A stretch of 64,000 nt of DNA from a virus: the IMG/VR virus record IMGVR_UViG_3300023104_000005, positions 6,306 through 70,305 of that record; one strand, written 5' to 3'. The translations under genes and the position numbers were made by a program. The notes beneath the pieces were generated by a model that saw nothing but the letters and a program-made list of their open reading frames with translations, did no database searches and was not told the DNA's origin. This document shows, piece after piece, positions 11,693 to 20,129 of this stretch. Numbering within the stretch: position 1 is the first letter of the stretch; every line of letters starts with the position of its first letter.

Positions 11693-12149
11693 ATCACTAG
11701 GAAGGATAGACCTTTCTGATCCAGAGAAACCTAAGGTCAATTTTGTCGATTTGAAGCACATGAGAAGCGTTATAAGCGAGTTCAAGGATCAAAGCAGAGT
11801 TTGGGTCGAGTTTAGCACTTACTACCGTAAAAGGACTGTAGAGCAGAACTCGCTTTTTCATGTATATGCTCAGTGTATAGCGGATGATACAGGTCAGGAA
11901 CTAGAATCAGTTAAGGCGACATTAAAGATGTTGTACTGCCGGAAACCACTGCTAGATAAAGAGGGTCATGAACAGTTTAATATTCAAACGGGCGAACTTT
12001 TAGAGTACGTAGAAGACACCTCTAACCTTTCTACTGTAGAAATGGGCAAATTGATAGACAACACAGTGATGTTTGCTCAGGACTTCTTTGGGATTATCTT
12101 AACACCTGTAGGGGAAACTTCTGAACTACGATTCAAAAATATTCAATAA
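11682..12149 (+). CDS. NinB/DUF1367-like recombination accessory protein
   Basis: RKRTVEQNSLFH and TSNLSTVEMGKLID motifs. Confidence 0.6.
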   Translation: MKRKSLGRIDLSDPEKPKVNFVDLKHMRSVISEFKDQSRVWVEFSTYYRKRTVEQNSLFHVYAQCIADDTGQELESVKATLKMLYCRKPLLDKEGHEQFNIQTGELLEYVEDTSNLSTVEMGKLIDNTVMFAQDFFGIILTPVGETSELRFKNIQ

Positions 12150-12164
12150 CTTAAATTATAAACT

Positions 12165-12356
12165 ATGACAAATACATTTCAACTTTGTCCTAAATGCAAT
12201 GGGACTGGCACAAGTTTTAATTACAACGCACTAAACACATCTGCAATATGTGATGTATGCAAAGGCGCTAAGATAATCTCTATGCTAACAGGACTTCCAC
12301 CACAACAAACAACAATTCAAACACAAACTAACACAACAAACAATGACAAAATTTAA
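12165..12356 (+). CDS. DnaJ-type zinc-finger small protein
   Basis: CPKCNGTG and CDVCKG. Confidence 0.6.
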   Translation: MTNTFQLCPKCNGTGTSFNYNALNTSAICDVCKGAKIISMLTGLPPQQTTIQTQTNTTNNDKI

Positions 12357-12636
12357 AAGACTATTAGGCGATAGAATCATCGTAAAACCCGCAGAGAAGA
12401 TCACAAAGACAGAAGGAGGGATTTATATGCCTGATTCAGCCGTTGAGAAGCCCATACAGGGAGAAGTAATCCAAGTTGGACAAGGAATACAGGCACCACA
12501 CAACGGAGTGCTTATAACGCCATCAGTGGTTGCAGGAGAACAAGTTCTTTATGGACGTAATGCAGGGACAGAAATCCCTATTGATGGAGAAATCTACCTG
12601 ATTCTAAGAGACAGTGAGATATGGGGGGTATTGTAA
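12343..12636 (+). CDS. groES: Co-chaperonin GroES
   Basis: LGDRIIV...KTEGGIYMPDSAVEKP..GEVIQVGQG...YLILRDSEI. Confidence 0.92.
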   Translation: MTKFKRLLGDRIIVKPAEKITKTEGGIYMPDSAVEKPIQGEVIQVGQGIQAPHNGVLITPSVVAGEQVLYGRNAGTEIPIDGEIYLILRDSEIWGVL

Positions 12637-12834
12637 TGGAAGAACAAACAGCAGTCCCATCTTTGGATGAACAAAAGAAAAGCGCTATAGACCACTATGA
12701 TGAAATATCAACAAAAGCTCATAACTGGCATAGCATTGTTCCAATAGCAATCAACTTCTATTTTGAGGCTAAAAAGAAAGAACAAGCAGAAGAAAATAAC
12801 TAAATTTGAAATCACCAATTAAAACAAAATCACA

Positions 12835-13398
12835 ATGCTAAAATTTAAAAAGATTACAATCACAACAAAACGCAAGCGACAGTTTGTAAAAGTCATTTTC
12901 TTCAAGGACGAGGTAGGCATCGAAGGTCAAGTGTTCTCTGCTAAACTGACCAAAGAAACAAACCAGATGCTTTCTAAATCTCTAGGAACAGCTATCAGCG
13001 GTTTAATCCCTCATTTGCTCTACAGCACAAACCTTACAGACAGTTCTATCAAGCTAGATGCAAACATGGACTATCCTAAATGGTTCAGAGAAGGTCATTA
13101 CGCTGACGACAAGCGCTTCGACAACATGGCGGTAACTTCTATTGAGTTCATTGGTAAAGAGGGCTTAGATGCCGTTAAAATCTTCGGATATAAAGAAACA
13201 GAATGGACAGACAAACCATTCAAAGTGAAATTAGAAACTCCGGTAATAAACTTAGATCGTGTTCCTGAGAATCATTATGCTTTAGTAGCTATTCTTGACG
13301 AGCAGATAGACGACATTATCAAAGGTATCGAGGACTTTTTAGAGAAAGGGGACACGCTCTCCAAGGCTCAACAGGCAGAACTTGAACTAACTTATTAA
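12835..13398 (+). CDS. Hypothetical protein
   Basis: 187-aa ORF followed by a terminator. Confidence 0.75.
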   Translation: MLKFKKITITTKRKRQFVKVIFFKDEVGIEGQVFSAKLTKETNQMLSKSLGTAISGLIPHLLYSTNLTDSSIKLDANMDYPKWFREGHYADDKRFDNMAVTSIEFIGKEGLDAVKIFGYKETEWTDKPFKVKLETPVINLDRVPENHYALVAILDEQIDDIIKGIEDFLEKGDTLSKAQQAELELTY

Positions 13399-13437
13399 TC
13401 AAATCATTTAAAATTTAAACCCATTCTTCTTACATTA

Positions 13438-13466
13438 AAGGCTGTCCAAAGTGATGGCCTTTTTTT
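13438..13466 (+). terminator. Intrinsic terminator
   Basis: AAGGCTGTC caaagt GATGGCCTT followed by a T tract. Confidence 0.7.
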
Positions 13467-13535
13467 ATGCTCAAATATTTCTTTACATTTGTTCAGCCAA
13501 TGAGCAATGTAGCCATTCGAGCAAAATATAAAAAC

Positions 13536-14048
13536 ATGAAAAGTAAAATCAGAGTCGAGTTTGATTTCGACAACAAACAGCCATTTATTCAAGTGTCTCT
13601 TGCAGAGAACAACGAACCCGGAACAGAAAATGATATGCGGGATCAAATGCTTAAAAACTTTATTGAAACTGTTAAAGAAACAGGTATTGAGGTTATGTTC
13701 CCTTCCAAAAATAACAACCCTATCATTGAGTTAAGACCAATGTTTGATACTACTGTTTTAAACCTAGCAGGTGAATCAATTAAAACAAAGTTAACAACAA
13801 GTATGTATGAGGCTTTTTGGGAGTCTATAAGTGGCGCTATGTGGGCTTCTGATGGAACAGAAAGGGAGGCATTAGATGTTATGAAAGGGTATATCACTGG
13901 TTTGGTAAACTCAGATAGGTTTAAGATTACAGATGAACAGAGAGAATTTATAAATGGATTCTTTGATTGGGTTAAAACACCTACTAAATACCCATTAATG
14001 AACGCTTTTAGCCAACCTGTTCCAACAGAAGTTACAGATTTTGATTGA
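13536..14048 (+). CDS. Hypothetical protein with its own promoter (TACATTTG 13484-13491)
   Basis: ORF; start reassigned to the ATG downstream of the promoter. Confidence 0.7.
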   Translation: MKSKIRVEFDFDNKQPFIQVSLAENNEPGTENDMRDQMLKNFIETVKETGIEVMFPSKNNNPIIELRPMFDTTVLNLAGESIKTKLTTSMYEAFWESISGAMWASDGTEREALDVMKGYITGLVNSDRFKITDEQREFINGFFDWVKTPTKYPLMNAFSQPVPTEVTDFD

Positions 14049-14070
14049 TAAGAATTTCCGTTAATCATTT

Positions 14071-14101
14071 AGCCCCTGCTGTCGAGAGTGGGGGCTTTTT
14101 T
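14071..14101 (+). terminator. Intrinsic terminator insulating the tRNA operon
   Basis: AGCCCCTGCT gtcgag AGTGGGGGCT followed by TTTTT. Confidence 0.75.
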
Positions 14102-14129
14102 ATATGCTATTTTATTTGAAAAACATTTA

Positions 14130-14137
14130 TATATTTG
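14130..14137 (+). promoter_or_regulatory. tRNA operon promoter -7 element (TATATTTG)
   Basis: Consensus match, 4 nt before the leader ATG. Confidence 0.65.
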
Positions 14138-14141
14138 TGGC

Positions 14142-14210
14142 ATGGAATTAAGAAACATACAACAGTGGCCGAATCAACCTGACATAATTGTCAAGCGGTT
14201 TGCTGTATAG
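14142..14210 (+). CDS. Putative attenuator leader peptide MELRNIQQWPNQPDIIVKRFAV
   Basis: Codons 7-13 are CAA CAG TGG CCG AAT CAA CCT, matching the amino acids of the downstream tRNAs. Confidence 0.75.
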   Translation: MELRNIQQWPNQPDIIVKRFAV

Positions 14211-14230
14211 TTTTAATTCTAAACGCATTT

Positions 14231-14262
14231 GAGCCTCTTGACAAAATCAAGAGGCTTTTTTT
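14231..14262 (+). terminator. Conditional (attenuator) terminator before the tRNAs
   Basis: GAGCCTCTTGA caaaa TCAAGAGGCTT plus T tract; its 5' arm can instead pair with 14188-14201. Confidence 0.85.
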
Positions 14263-14268
14263 ATGTCT

Positions 14269-14339
14269 GCGAACATAGTATAACGGTAGTACATTGGTCT
14301 CCAAAACCAATAGTCAAGGTTCGAATCCTTGTGGTCGTG
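14269..14339 (+). tRNA. tRNA-Trp(CCA)
   Basis: TTGGT-CTCCAAA-ACCAA anticodon arm; TTCGAAT T loop; one acceptor-stem mismatch; no encoded CCA. Confidence 0.88.
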
Positions 14340-14344
14340 CAAAT

Positions 14345-14417
14345 AGTGCAGTATATCAATTGGCAGATTACCACATTTGGGATGTGGAGGTTCCGGGTTC
14401 GAGTCCCGGTTGCGCTA
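14345..14417 (+). tRNA. tRNA-Pro(TGG)
   Basis: CCACA-TTTGGGA-TGTGG; CCGGG-TTCGAGT-CCCGG. Confidence 0.9.
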
Positions 14418-14423
14418 CAACAC

Positions 14424-14495
14424 TTTCCTATAGTGCAATGGTTAGCACGTCGCATTTTGGTTGCGAAGATTGGAGTTCGAGTCTCTGTGGGAAAA
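14424..14495 (+). tRNA. tRNA-Gln(TTG)
   Basis: TCGCA-TTTTGGT-TGCGA; acceptor stem TTTCCTA/TGGGAAA. Confidence 0.9.
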
Positions 14496-14769
14496 CAAAG
14501 AGTATTATGCCCTCTGCTATGACTTTACATGGCGAAAGTGGCAATGATCTACCACCTATCAGTTGAAACTCCACAGATGTTGAGATGGAGATGGTTATGG
14601 TGGATGTATTTGCTAACTGAGCGATTTTAAGGACTTCTGAGAGACTTTTTGTTATGAGGTGATAGTTTGGTTGGCTTTGAGGTTAATATCGCTTAAATCG
14701 ATATAAAAATAAATTAAAATATTTCTTGGTTACTATTGACAATATGTAAAATATCCGTATGTTTGTCTT

Positions 14770-14931
14770 ATGAAATCAACCAAAGAGATAACAATCGTTC
14801 CAAGTCAGACTTATACAAAGACTGAGTATGCTAAGGCGTACAGCATGAGCCGACCAACGGTAGATGCTAAAATCAAAAACAAACAAATCAAAGCAGTTGA
14901 AGTGAATGGGGCTACTCTAATCATAGCGTAG
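14770..14931 (+). CDS. 53-aa excisionase/Cro-like HTH protein
   Basis: TKTEYAKAYSMSRPTVDAKIKNKQIKAVEVNG; promoter TATGTTTG at 14758, 4 nt upstream; heads the replication operon. Confidence 0.75.
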   Translation: MKSTKEITIVPSQTYTKTEYAKAYSMSRPTVDAKIKNKQIKAVEVNGATLIIA

Positions 14932-14979
14932 TCTTTTTTGGCTTTAATAAATCGTAAAACGTAAAGAAAAATTAACAAA

Positions 14980-15237
14980 ATGGAAGTAAAATCACAATCA
15001 AACATCGAATTTTCAATGACCTTCACTGTCTCAGAAAGCGAAGCAAGAGCATTAGATGCCTTAGTGGGTTATGGGTTCAAGCCCTTTATAGAAGTCTTTT
15101 ATGAGAGACTAGGAAAGTCATTTATGCAACCTCATGAGAAGGGACTCAAGTCATTATTTGAAACGGTAGAAGCTGAAATACCTAAGCACCTGTCCAGAAT
15201 GAGCAACACACGTAAAACATTTAACTCAAACCTGTAA
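14980..15237 (+). CDS. Hypothetical protein
   Basis: ORF within the operon. Confidence 0.7.
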   Translation: MEVKSQSNIEFSMTFTVSESEARALDALVGYGFKPFIEVFYERLGKSFMQPHEKGLKSLFETVEAEIPKHLSRMSNTRKTFNSNL

Positions 15238-15238
15238 T

Positions 15239-15871
15239 ATGAACATTTTAGAAAAAGAATTAGAAGATTTAGTATTTGAAACTTTACAGTCAGGTAAGGT
15301 AGATTTATTAGTAAAAAGAGGATTAAGAAATATCGGTAAGTTCTCTGTTATTTCAAGACAATTAGCTTTAGGTGATTACGGCAGATTAGATATGGTTGGT
15401 TTCAATTATGATACTCACAATCAAACTATAGGACGTAAAAGGTTAGAAGTAGGTATTTTTGAACTTAAAAAAGGAGAAATAAATTTTGAAACTTTAAAAC
15501 AGGCAATGAGATACTGTAAGGGTATACAACATTATTTAGATGATACTATGCCTATTTTTGACATTGACTTCACAATAACGTTAATAGGAACGTCTATATG
15601 TAAAAGTGATTTTGTTTACTTAGCTGATTACATGGACATGTTGACTATTTACACTACCAAGCTAGACTTAGAAAAAGGCATAACATTTCAAAAGGAAAGC
15701 CATTACAAAATCATAAAAGCTAAATTACCAACTGAAAACTCTCAGGTAGAGAACTCTATTAAAAGAATGATCTTAAATAAGATAAAAACAAAAGTTACGG
15801 GGGTTAATCAATCTACATCTGCTTTTTCTGATTTTGCTTCTATTTTTGGTGATGATGATCAACCATTTTAA
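15239..15871 (+). CDS. PD-(D/E)xK (NucS-like) nuclease
   Basis: LEKELED...GRLDMV...IFELKK...QAMRY. Confidence 0.65.
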   Translation: MNILEKELEDLVFETLQSGKVDLLVKRGLRNIGKFSVISRQLALGDYGRLDMVGFNYDTHNQTIGRKRLEVGIFELKKGEINFETLKQAMRYCKGIQHYLDDTMPIFDIDFTITLIGTSICKSDFVYLADYMDMLTIYTTKLDLEKGITFQKESHYKIIKAKLPTENSQVENSIKRMILNKIKTKVTGVNQSTSAFSDFASIFGDDDQPF

Positions 15872-15876
15872 TTAAT

Positions 15877-16575
15877 ATGGCTAAGTCACCTGCATTTCAG
15901 TTTTACGCCTCGGACTTTCTTACAGACACTCAAAGTTGGGATATTACGGAAGTAGGTATTTACATACGCTTACTTTCTAACCAGTGGGTAAATGGAAGTC
16001 TACCAAAGGACTTAATTAGGCTGTCTAGGATAGCCGGATGCACACATGAAGAAATAAAAAAGGCTTGGGTTATTTTGGGTTTTAAGTTTTTAGACAATAG
16101 TGAAGGAAACATATACAACCGAAAATTAGAGTCAGTAAGAGAGGATCAAAAGAAGTTTAAAGAGAAACAAGCGTCAAATGGCTCTAAAGGCGGTAGACCT
16201 AAAAAAGAAGAACCCAAAGAAAACCCAGATAAAACCCAAAATAAACCCAAAATAAACCCAGATGATAACCCAAACAAAACCTCTTCTTCTTCTTCTTCCT
16301 TTAGTAATATAAATATTACTTATAGTGATTTTTGGGATGCGTATGAAAAGAAGGTAGGTGATAGAGTAAAGGTTGAAAGAAAATGGAACTCACTAAAAAA
16401 TGAAGAAAGAGAACTAATTATGGAATACCTACCTCCGTATAAAGATTCTACACCAAATAGAAAGTTCCGTAAAGACCCACTTACTTTCTTAAACAACAAA
16501 GGATGGTTAGATGAAATAATAACAGACGATCTGTTCTCACAAAAAAAACAATCACTAGAAACAATTGAAATGTAA
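15877..16575 (+). CDS. DUF1376/YdaU-like replication initiator
   Basis: SPAFQFYASDFL...GIYIRLL; NGSKGGRPK; C-terminal FWDAY...DPLTFLN. Confidence 0.8.
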   Translation: MAKSPAFQFYASDFLTDTQSWDITEVGIYIRLLSNQWVNGSLPKDLIRLSRIAGCTHEEIKKAWVILGFKFLDNSEGNIYNRKLESVREDQKKFKEKQASNGSKGGRPKKEEPKENPDKTQNKPKINPDDNPNKTSSSSSSFSNINITYSDFWDAYEKKVGDRVKVERKWNSLKNEERELIMEYLPPYKDSTPNRKFRKDPLTFLNNKGWLDEIITDDLFSQKKQSLETIEM

Positions 16576-16578
16576 ATT

Positions 16579-17601
16579 ATGAAACTAATCGACTATACAC
16601 CCCAAATTATACATCACCACAAGAACGGACAAGCTAGAGGCAAAGAAATTGGATTTAGATGCTTGAAGGACTTAGTGACGTTCAAACCTAAATACACTAC
16701 TTACTTACTAGGGTTTCCTAGAAGCGGTAAAACAGAGTTTCACTTGGAGATATTATTCAACCTTACTCAGCAGTATGGAGACAAGCACGCATTAATGTCA
16801 CCGGAGATCGGTGGAGTAGAAGATGTAATCGCAGAGTTAGTCAGTAAATACCTAAGAAAAAATTTCTTTAAATCTGATTTTAGTTATTCGGCTACTGAGT
16901 CTCAGATTTATCAAGCTATGACTTATCTTTCTGAATATTTCTTTGTGCTTGACAATGACAGCAAAGATTACAACATTGATATGTTTTACGAGGATTGTGT
17001 TAAAATTGAGACAGACAATGGCATTAAGCTAAACACTACATCAATTGATCCTTGGAATGACTTAGATGAAAATCTAGCTGACTACGGTGGCAGAGAAGAT
17101 AAATACCTAGCGGCCGCACTAAGAAAAGTTCGTTCTACAGCTAAAAAGAATGACTGGCATAACTTCATTATCACACACGCTAAAGAAATGCCCGTATTCG
17201 AATTAAAAAGCACTTATGGGGGAAAGGTTGCCTGTACTGCTATTCCTACCTTACAGAGCTTCGCAGGGGGTCAGGTTTGGTCAAGACGAGGCTTCAATGT
17301 GATAGGGATGTGGAAACCTGAGAAAGGGGCAATAAACAAGACGACCGGACATCCTTTTGCTGATAATGAAGCGATGGTAAAGATTTTAAAATCAAAACCT
17401 AAAGGCTCTGGAAATTTAGGGTTCACTTATCTGTTCTATGATTGGAAAAAAAACAGGTACTACGAGATGATCGGGGATAAGATTTATTATGCTTATGAGC
17501 ATTTGAAGATTGAAGACGAACCTGTGATTGAAATAGTCAATCCTGTAGAGCCTAAAGAGAAAATAACTACTGAACAGTATTCTAACGAACTGCCATTCTA
17601 A
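16579..17601 (+). CDS. DnaB/SF4-like replicative helicase
   Basis: Walker A GFPRSGKT; IDPWN; IITH. Confidence 0.8.
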   Translation: MKLIDYTPQIIHHHKNGQARGKEIGFRCLKDLVTFKPKYTTYLLGFPRSGKTEFHLEILFNLTQQYGDKHALMSPEIGGVEDVIAELVSKYLRKNFFKSDFSYSATESQIYQAMTYLSEYFFVLDNDSKDYNIDMFYEDCVKIETDNGIKLNTTSIDPWNDLDENLADYGGREDKYLAAALRKVRSTAKKNDWHNFIITHAKEMPVFELKSTYGGKVACTAIPTLQSFAGGQVWSRRGFNVIGMWKPEKGAINKTTGHPFADNEAMVKILKSKPKGSGNLGFTYLFYDWKKNRYYEMIGDKIYYAYEHLKIEDEPVIEIVNPVEPKEKITTEQYSNELPF

Positions 17602-19040
17602 TGGCAACAATAGACGATTGGAAAGAGGATCAGATGACTCCAAGGGAGAAAAGGTTCTACGATATGTCAGAGGTGTTTTTAGCGCAGTTGCAGGATGTTA
17701 AGGAACCTATCTACAAAATTCTAATTGCTAAAGGCATTTTGATTGAAATGGAAAGTGACTTAGTTTTTTTCCTTAAAAAAAAGCCGGAGACAGAAAAGTC
17801 TAAAGCGCAACAGGAGCGATTAAAGATATTGACGGAATTAGTAGATTATTTTTCAGGTATAAGTTCTGTAAATGAACAAATGAAGCTAATGCTTAGAAAA
17901 GCCGCTGTAGATCGACATAAGCTACATCAGGAGAATGCAGAATTAAACTTGAGGATTGATATTTTAGAAAAGACCTTGCAAGATGATTGATGCTTCAAAA
18001 ATAGATATTACATCCTACGACCGTATGATCTTTAAAAAACTAGGCAAATGTGTCTTGAACACTTACTATGAGATTATAAGATTTGATTTTGAAGACAAGA
18101 ACGAGTTCGTAAGTGCTTTAAAAAAACGAAAGTGGCTGTTTAAGGATTTAGAGTTCAATGAAGAAAGGACTCATTTCAAGGTCATAGAGGCGATACCAGA
18201 GACTTTAAGCGAAGGGTTGGATAAAGACAGGCAAAAGCATAAAAACATGCTATTGGTACATTCACATCACGATAAACACTCGAATACTATATTCGATAAA
18301 ACCCTAGTACAAAAAATAAATAGTTACTCCCAAAAGGATTGGGATAGAAAAACAGGAAGAAACAAATAAACATGGACAGAGAAAGATTTATCAGTTTAAG
18401 ATTTAAGGCATATATGGAGGTATGGTATATCCCAAGAAGACCAATAGACAGACACGATCATATTGAGTGTATGCTTTTAGCCTGTGATTTCGATAATGAT
18501 GTGATGAAAATTCAACCTATACCGGATAGCTACTTTGAAGAAAAGGAATTTTGGGTATCTATTGATTGGGTTGATCTGCCTAAGAGAAAAATGAAAATTG
18601 TAAACAAATAAACAGAAGACATGAAAACAATAATCGAAATTTTAGACGAGATAGCCGTCCGCGAAGGATATAGTGGTTGGTCACATGCTACAAAAAGCGA
18701 GGATGATAAAGATATTAATTTAATTGCGGTAGAAGCGGCAGAAATCTATGCTAACCAGAGTAAAGTAATGTATGTTAATAACATGGTTGCTGAGGGTAAT
18801 ATGGAATATGATAGGGGGCAAGATCGGTCTAAAAAAGGTAAGTGGATTGATGTAGAAATTTTAGAATCAAAATTATTACCTAGATGTTGGGAAGCTAAAA
18901 CAATACCTAAGAAAAATGGTGATCCCGGATACTCTGAAATAAAGGAAACAAAACAGGAGGCTATGAAAGCTCTGGTTTCAAAATTAAATTCAGAAGGTTT
19001 TAAAATATGGTGCTGTAATGAAAGTTATAATTTAAGTTAG
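17601..19040 (+). CDS. Four hypothetical proteins (17601, 17983, 18372, 18621)
   Basis: Packed ORFs. Confidence 0.7.
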
Positions 19041-19042
19041 TT

Positions 19043-19192
19043 ATGTCTCCCGAAAGAGTTAAACAAATGATCTACGAAAGAGAGATGACTCTTGCTAAGA
19101 TATACTCGAAAAAGTACATGTTGGCTAGATGGAAAAAGATAAACTACACCCCACCAAAGCCTAAGCAACTCTCAATATTTGATTTGGATTGA
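19043..19192 (+). CDS. 49-aa protein with a QLSIF clamp-binding-like motif
   Basis: Translated by hand; ends PKPKQLSIFDLD. Confidence 0.6.
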   Translation: MSPERVKQMIYEREMTLAKIYSKKYMLARWKKINYTPPKPKQLSIFDLD

Positions 19193-19239
19193 AATTTGAT
19201 ATATTTGAACCACAATTGTAAACTTAAAAAGCAAAAGTC

Positions 19240-19611
19240 ATGACTAACAAAGCAAAAGAAACACCAGTAAAAGAAGTACCTGTAAAAGACGAAGGCGCTC
19301 AGGTTCAAGATCCATCAGAAGTACAACCAAAGTCACAGATTGAAGATGTAACATTCGTTGATCCCGCAACTCACGATTCACATGAACCGGCAAAGACCGA
19401 GATTCAAGAAACAAAAGAGAACAAATCAATTCTTAAAGACGACGAGGAAATGAAAGAGAAAGTTAGAGAGGGAGGTGTAAACCTAGCATCTAGTGCGGCA
19501 GACCTTAGCGAACTTCAACGCAACATGGTTCCACATCCTTTATCTGGTAAACCTGTATACGAGACAGCATCTCAGCAAATCATGGCAGAAGCCCTGAAAG
19601 GCAATTTGTAG
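19240..19611 (+). CDS. Low-complexity acidic protein with its own promoter (TATATTTG 19200)
   Basis: ORF between a promoter and a terminator. Confidence 0.7.
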   Translation: MTNKAKETPVKEVPVKDEGAQVQDPSEVQPKSQIEDVTFVDPATHDSHEPAKTEIQETKENKSILKDDEEMKEKVREGGVNLASSAADLSELQRNMVPHPLSGKPVYETASQQIMAEALKGNL

Positions 19612-19627
19612 AATTTACTACCAACAA

Positions 19628-19661
19628 AAAATCCCCTAATCGTAAATGACTAGGGGATTTC
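19628..19661. terminator. Bidirectional terminator
   Basis: AAATCCCCTAATC gtaaat GACTAGGGGATTT between convergent genes. Confidence 0.7.
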
Positions 19662-19680
19662 TGTTTTTAAGGACTAACCG

Positions 19681-19935
19681 TTAGGTAGCCGCATTAGCCG
19701 CAGTGATAATTGCCGCCACCGCCTCAGTAACAATCAAGTTAACCTGATAGTTCATGTTGTTTACTCCCAAGTTATAGAGCACATTAGTGACCCCAGTCAC
19801 ACTATACGCGACAGGACGTGTTTGTACTGAAATAATCCTTGATGTGTTGATCGTGATTGGCGTTGCCGCTGTGTTCACAAGTTGTTCGTTGTTGGACAGC
19901 TTGTTCCATGCCGTCAGTTGAATTAATGTTGCCAT
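19681..19935 (-). CDS. Inverted small gene, possibly a virion decoration protein
   Basis: A/T/V/N-rich; own promoter TACATTTG at 19969-19976 (minus strand). Confidence 0.6.
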   Translation of the reverse strand: MATLIQLTAWNKLSNNEQLVNTAATPITINTSRIISVQTRPVAYSVTGVTNVLYNLGVNNMNYQVNLIVTEAVAAIITAANAAT

Positions 19936-20129
19936 ACTAATGTTGATTAAGTGAATAAATGGACAAACCAAATGTATAATTTATTTTTCATACTTTTGAA
20001 ATGCTTATTTAGATGACCATGTTAGACACACACAGAAAAAATTCTCCACCTAAAAATATACCCCGCGATAAGGAATCACTTGGTTTAACTCATTTGAATA
20101 AGCATCCTTTGACCGGGGTTAATTCTCAA

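Noticed and set aside
14229-14566. ORFs 14229-14522, 14261-14455 and 14294-14566
   Set aside because: They overlap three well-formed tRNA genes and are spurious.
16281-16300. TCT microsatellite
   Set aside because: Encodes the poly-Ser linker common in phage replication initiators.
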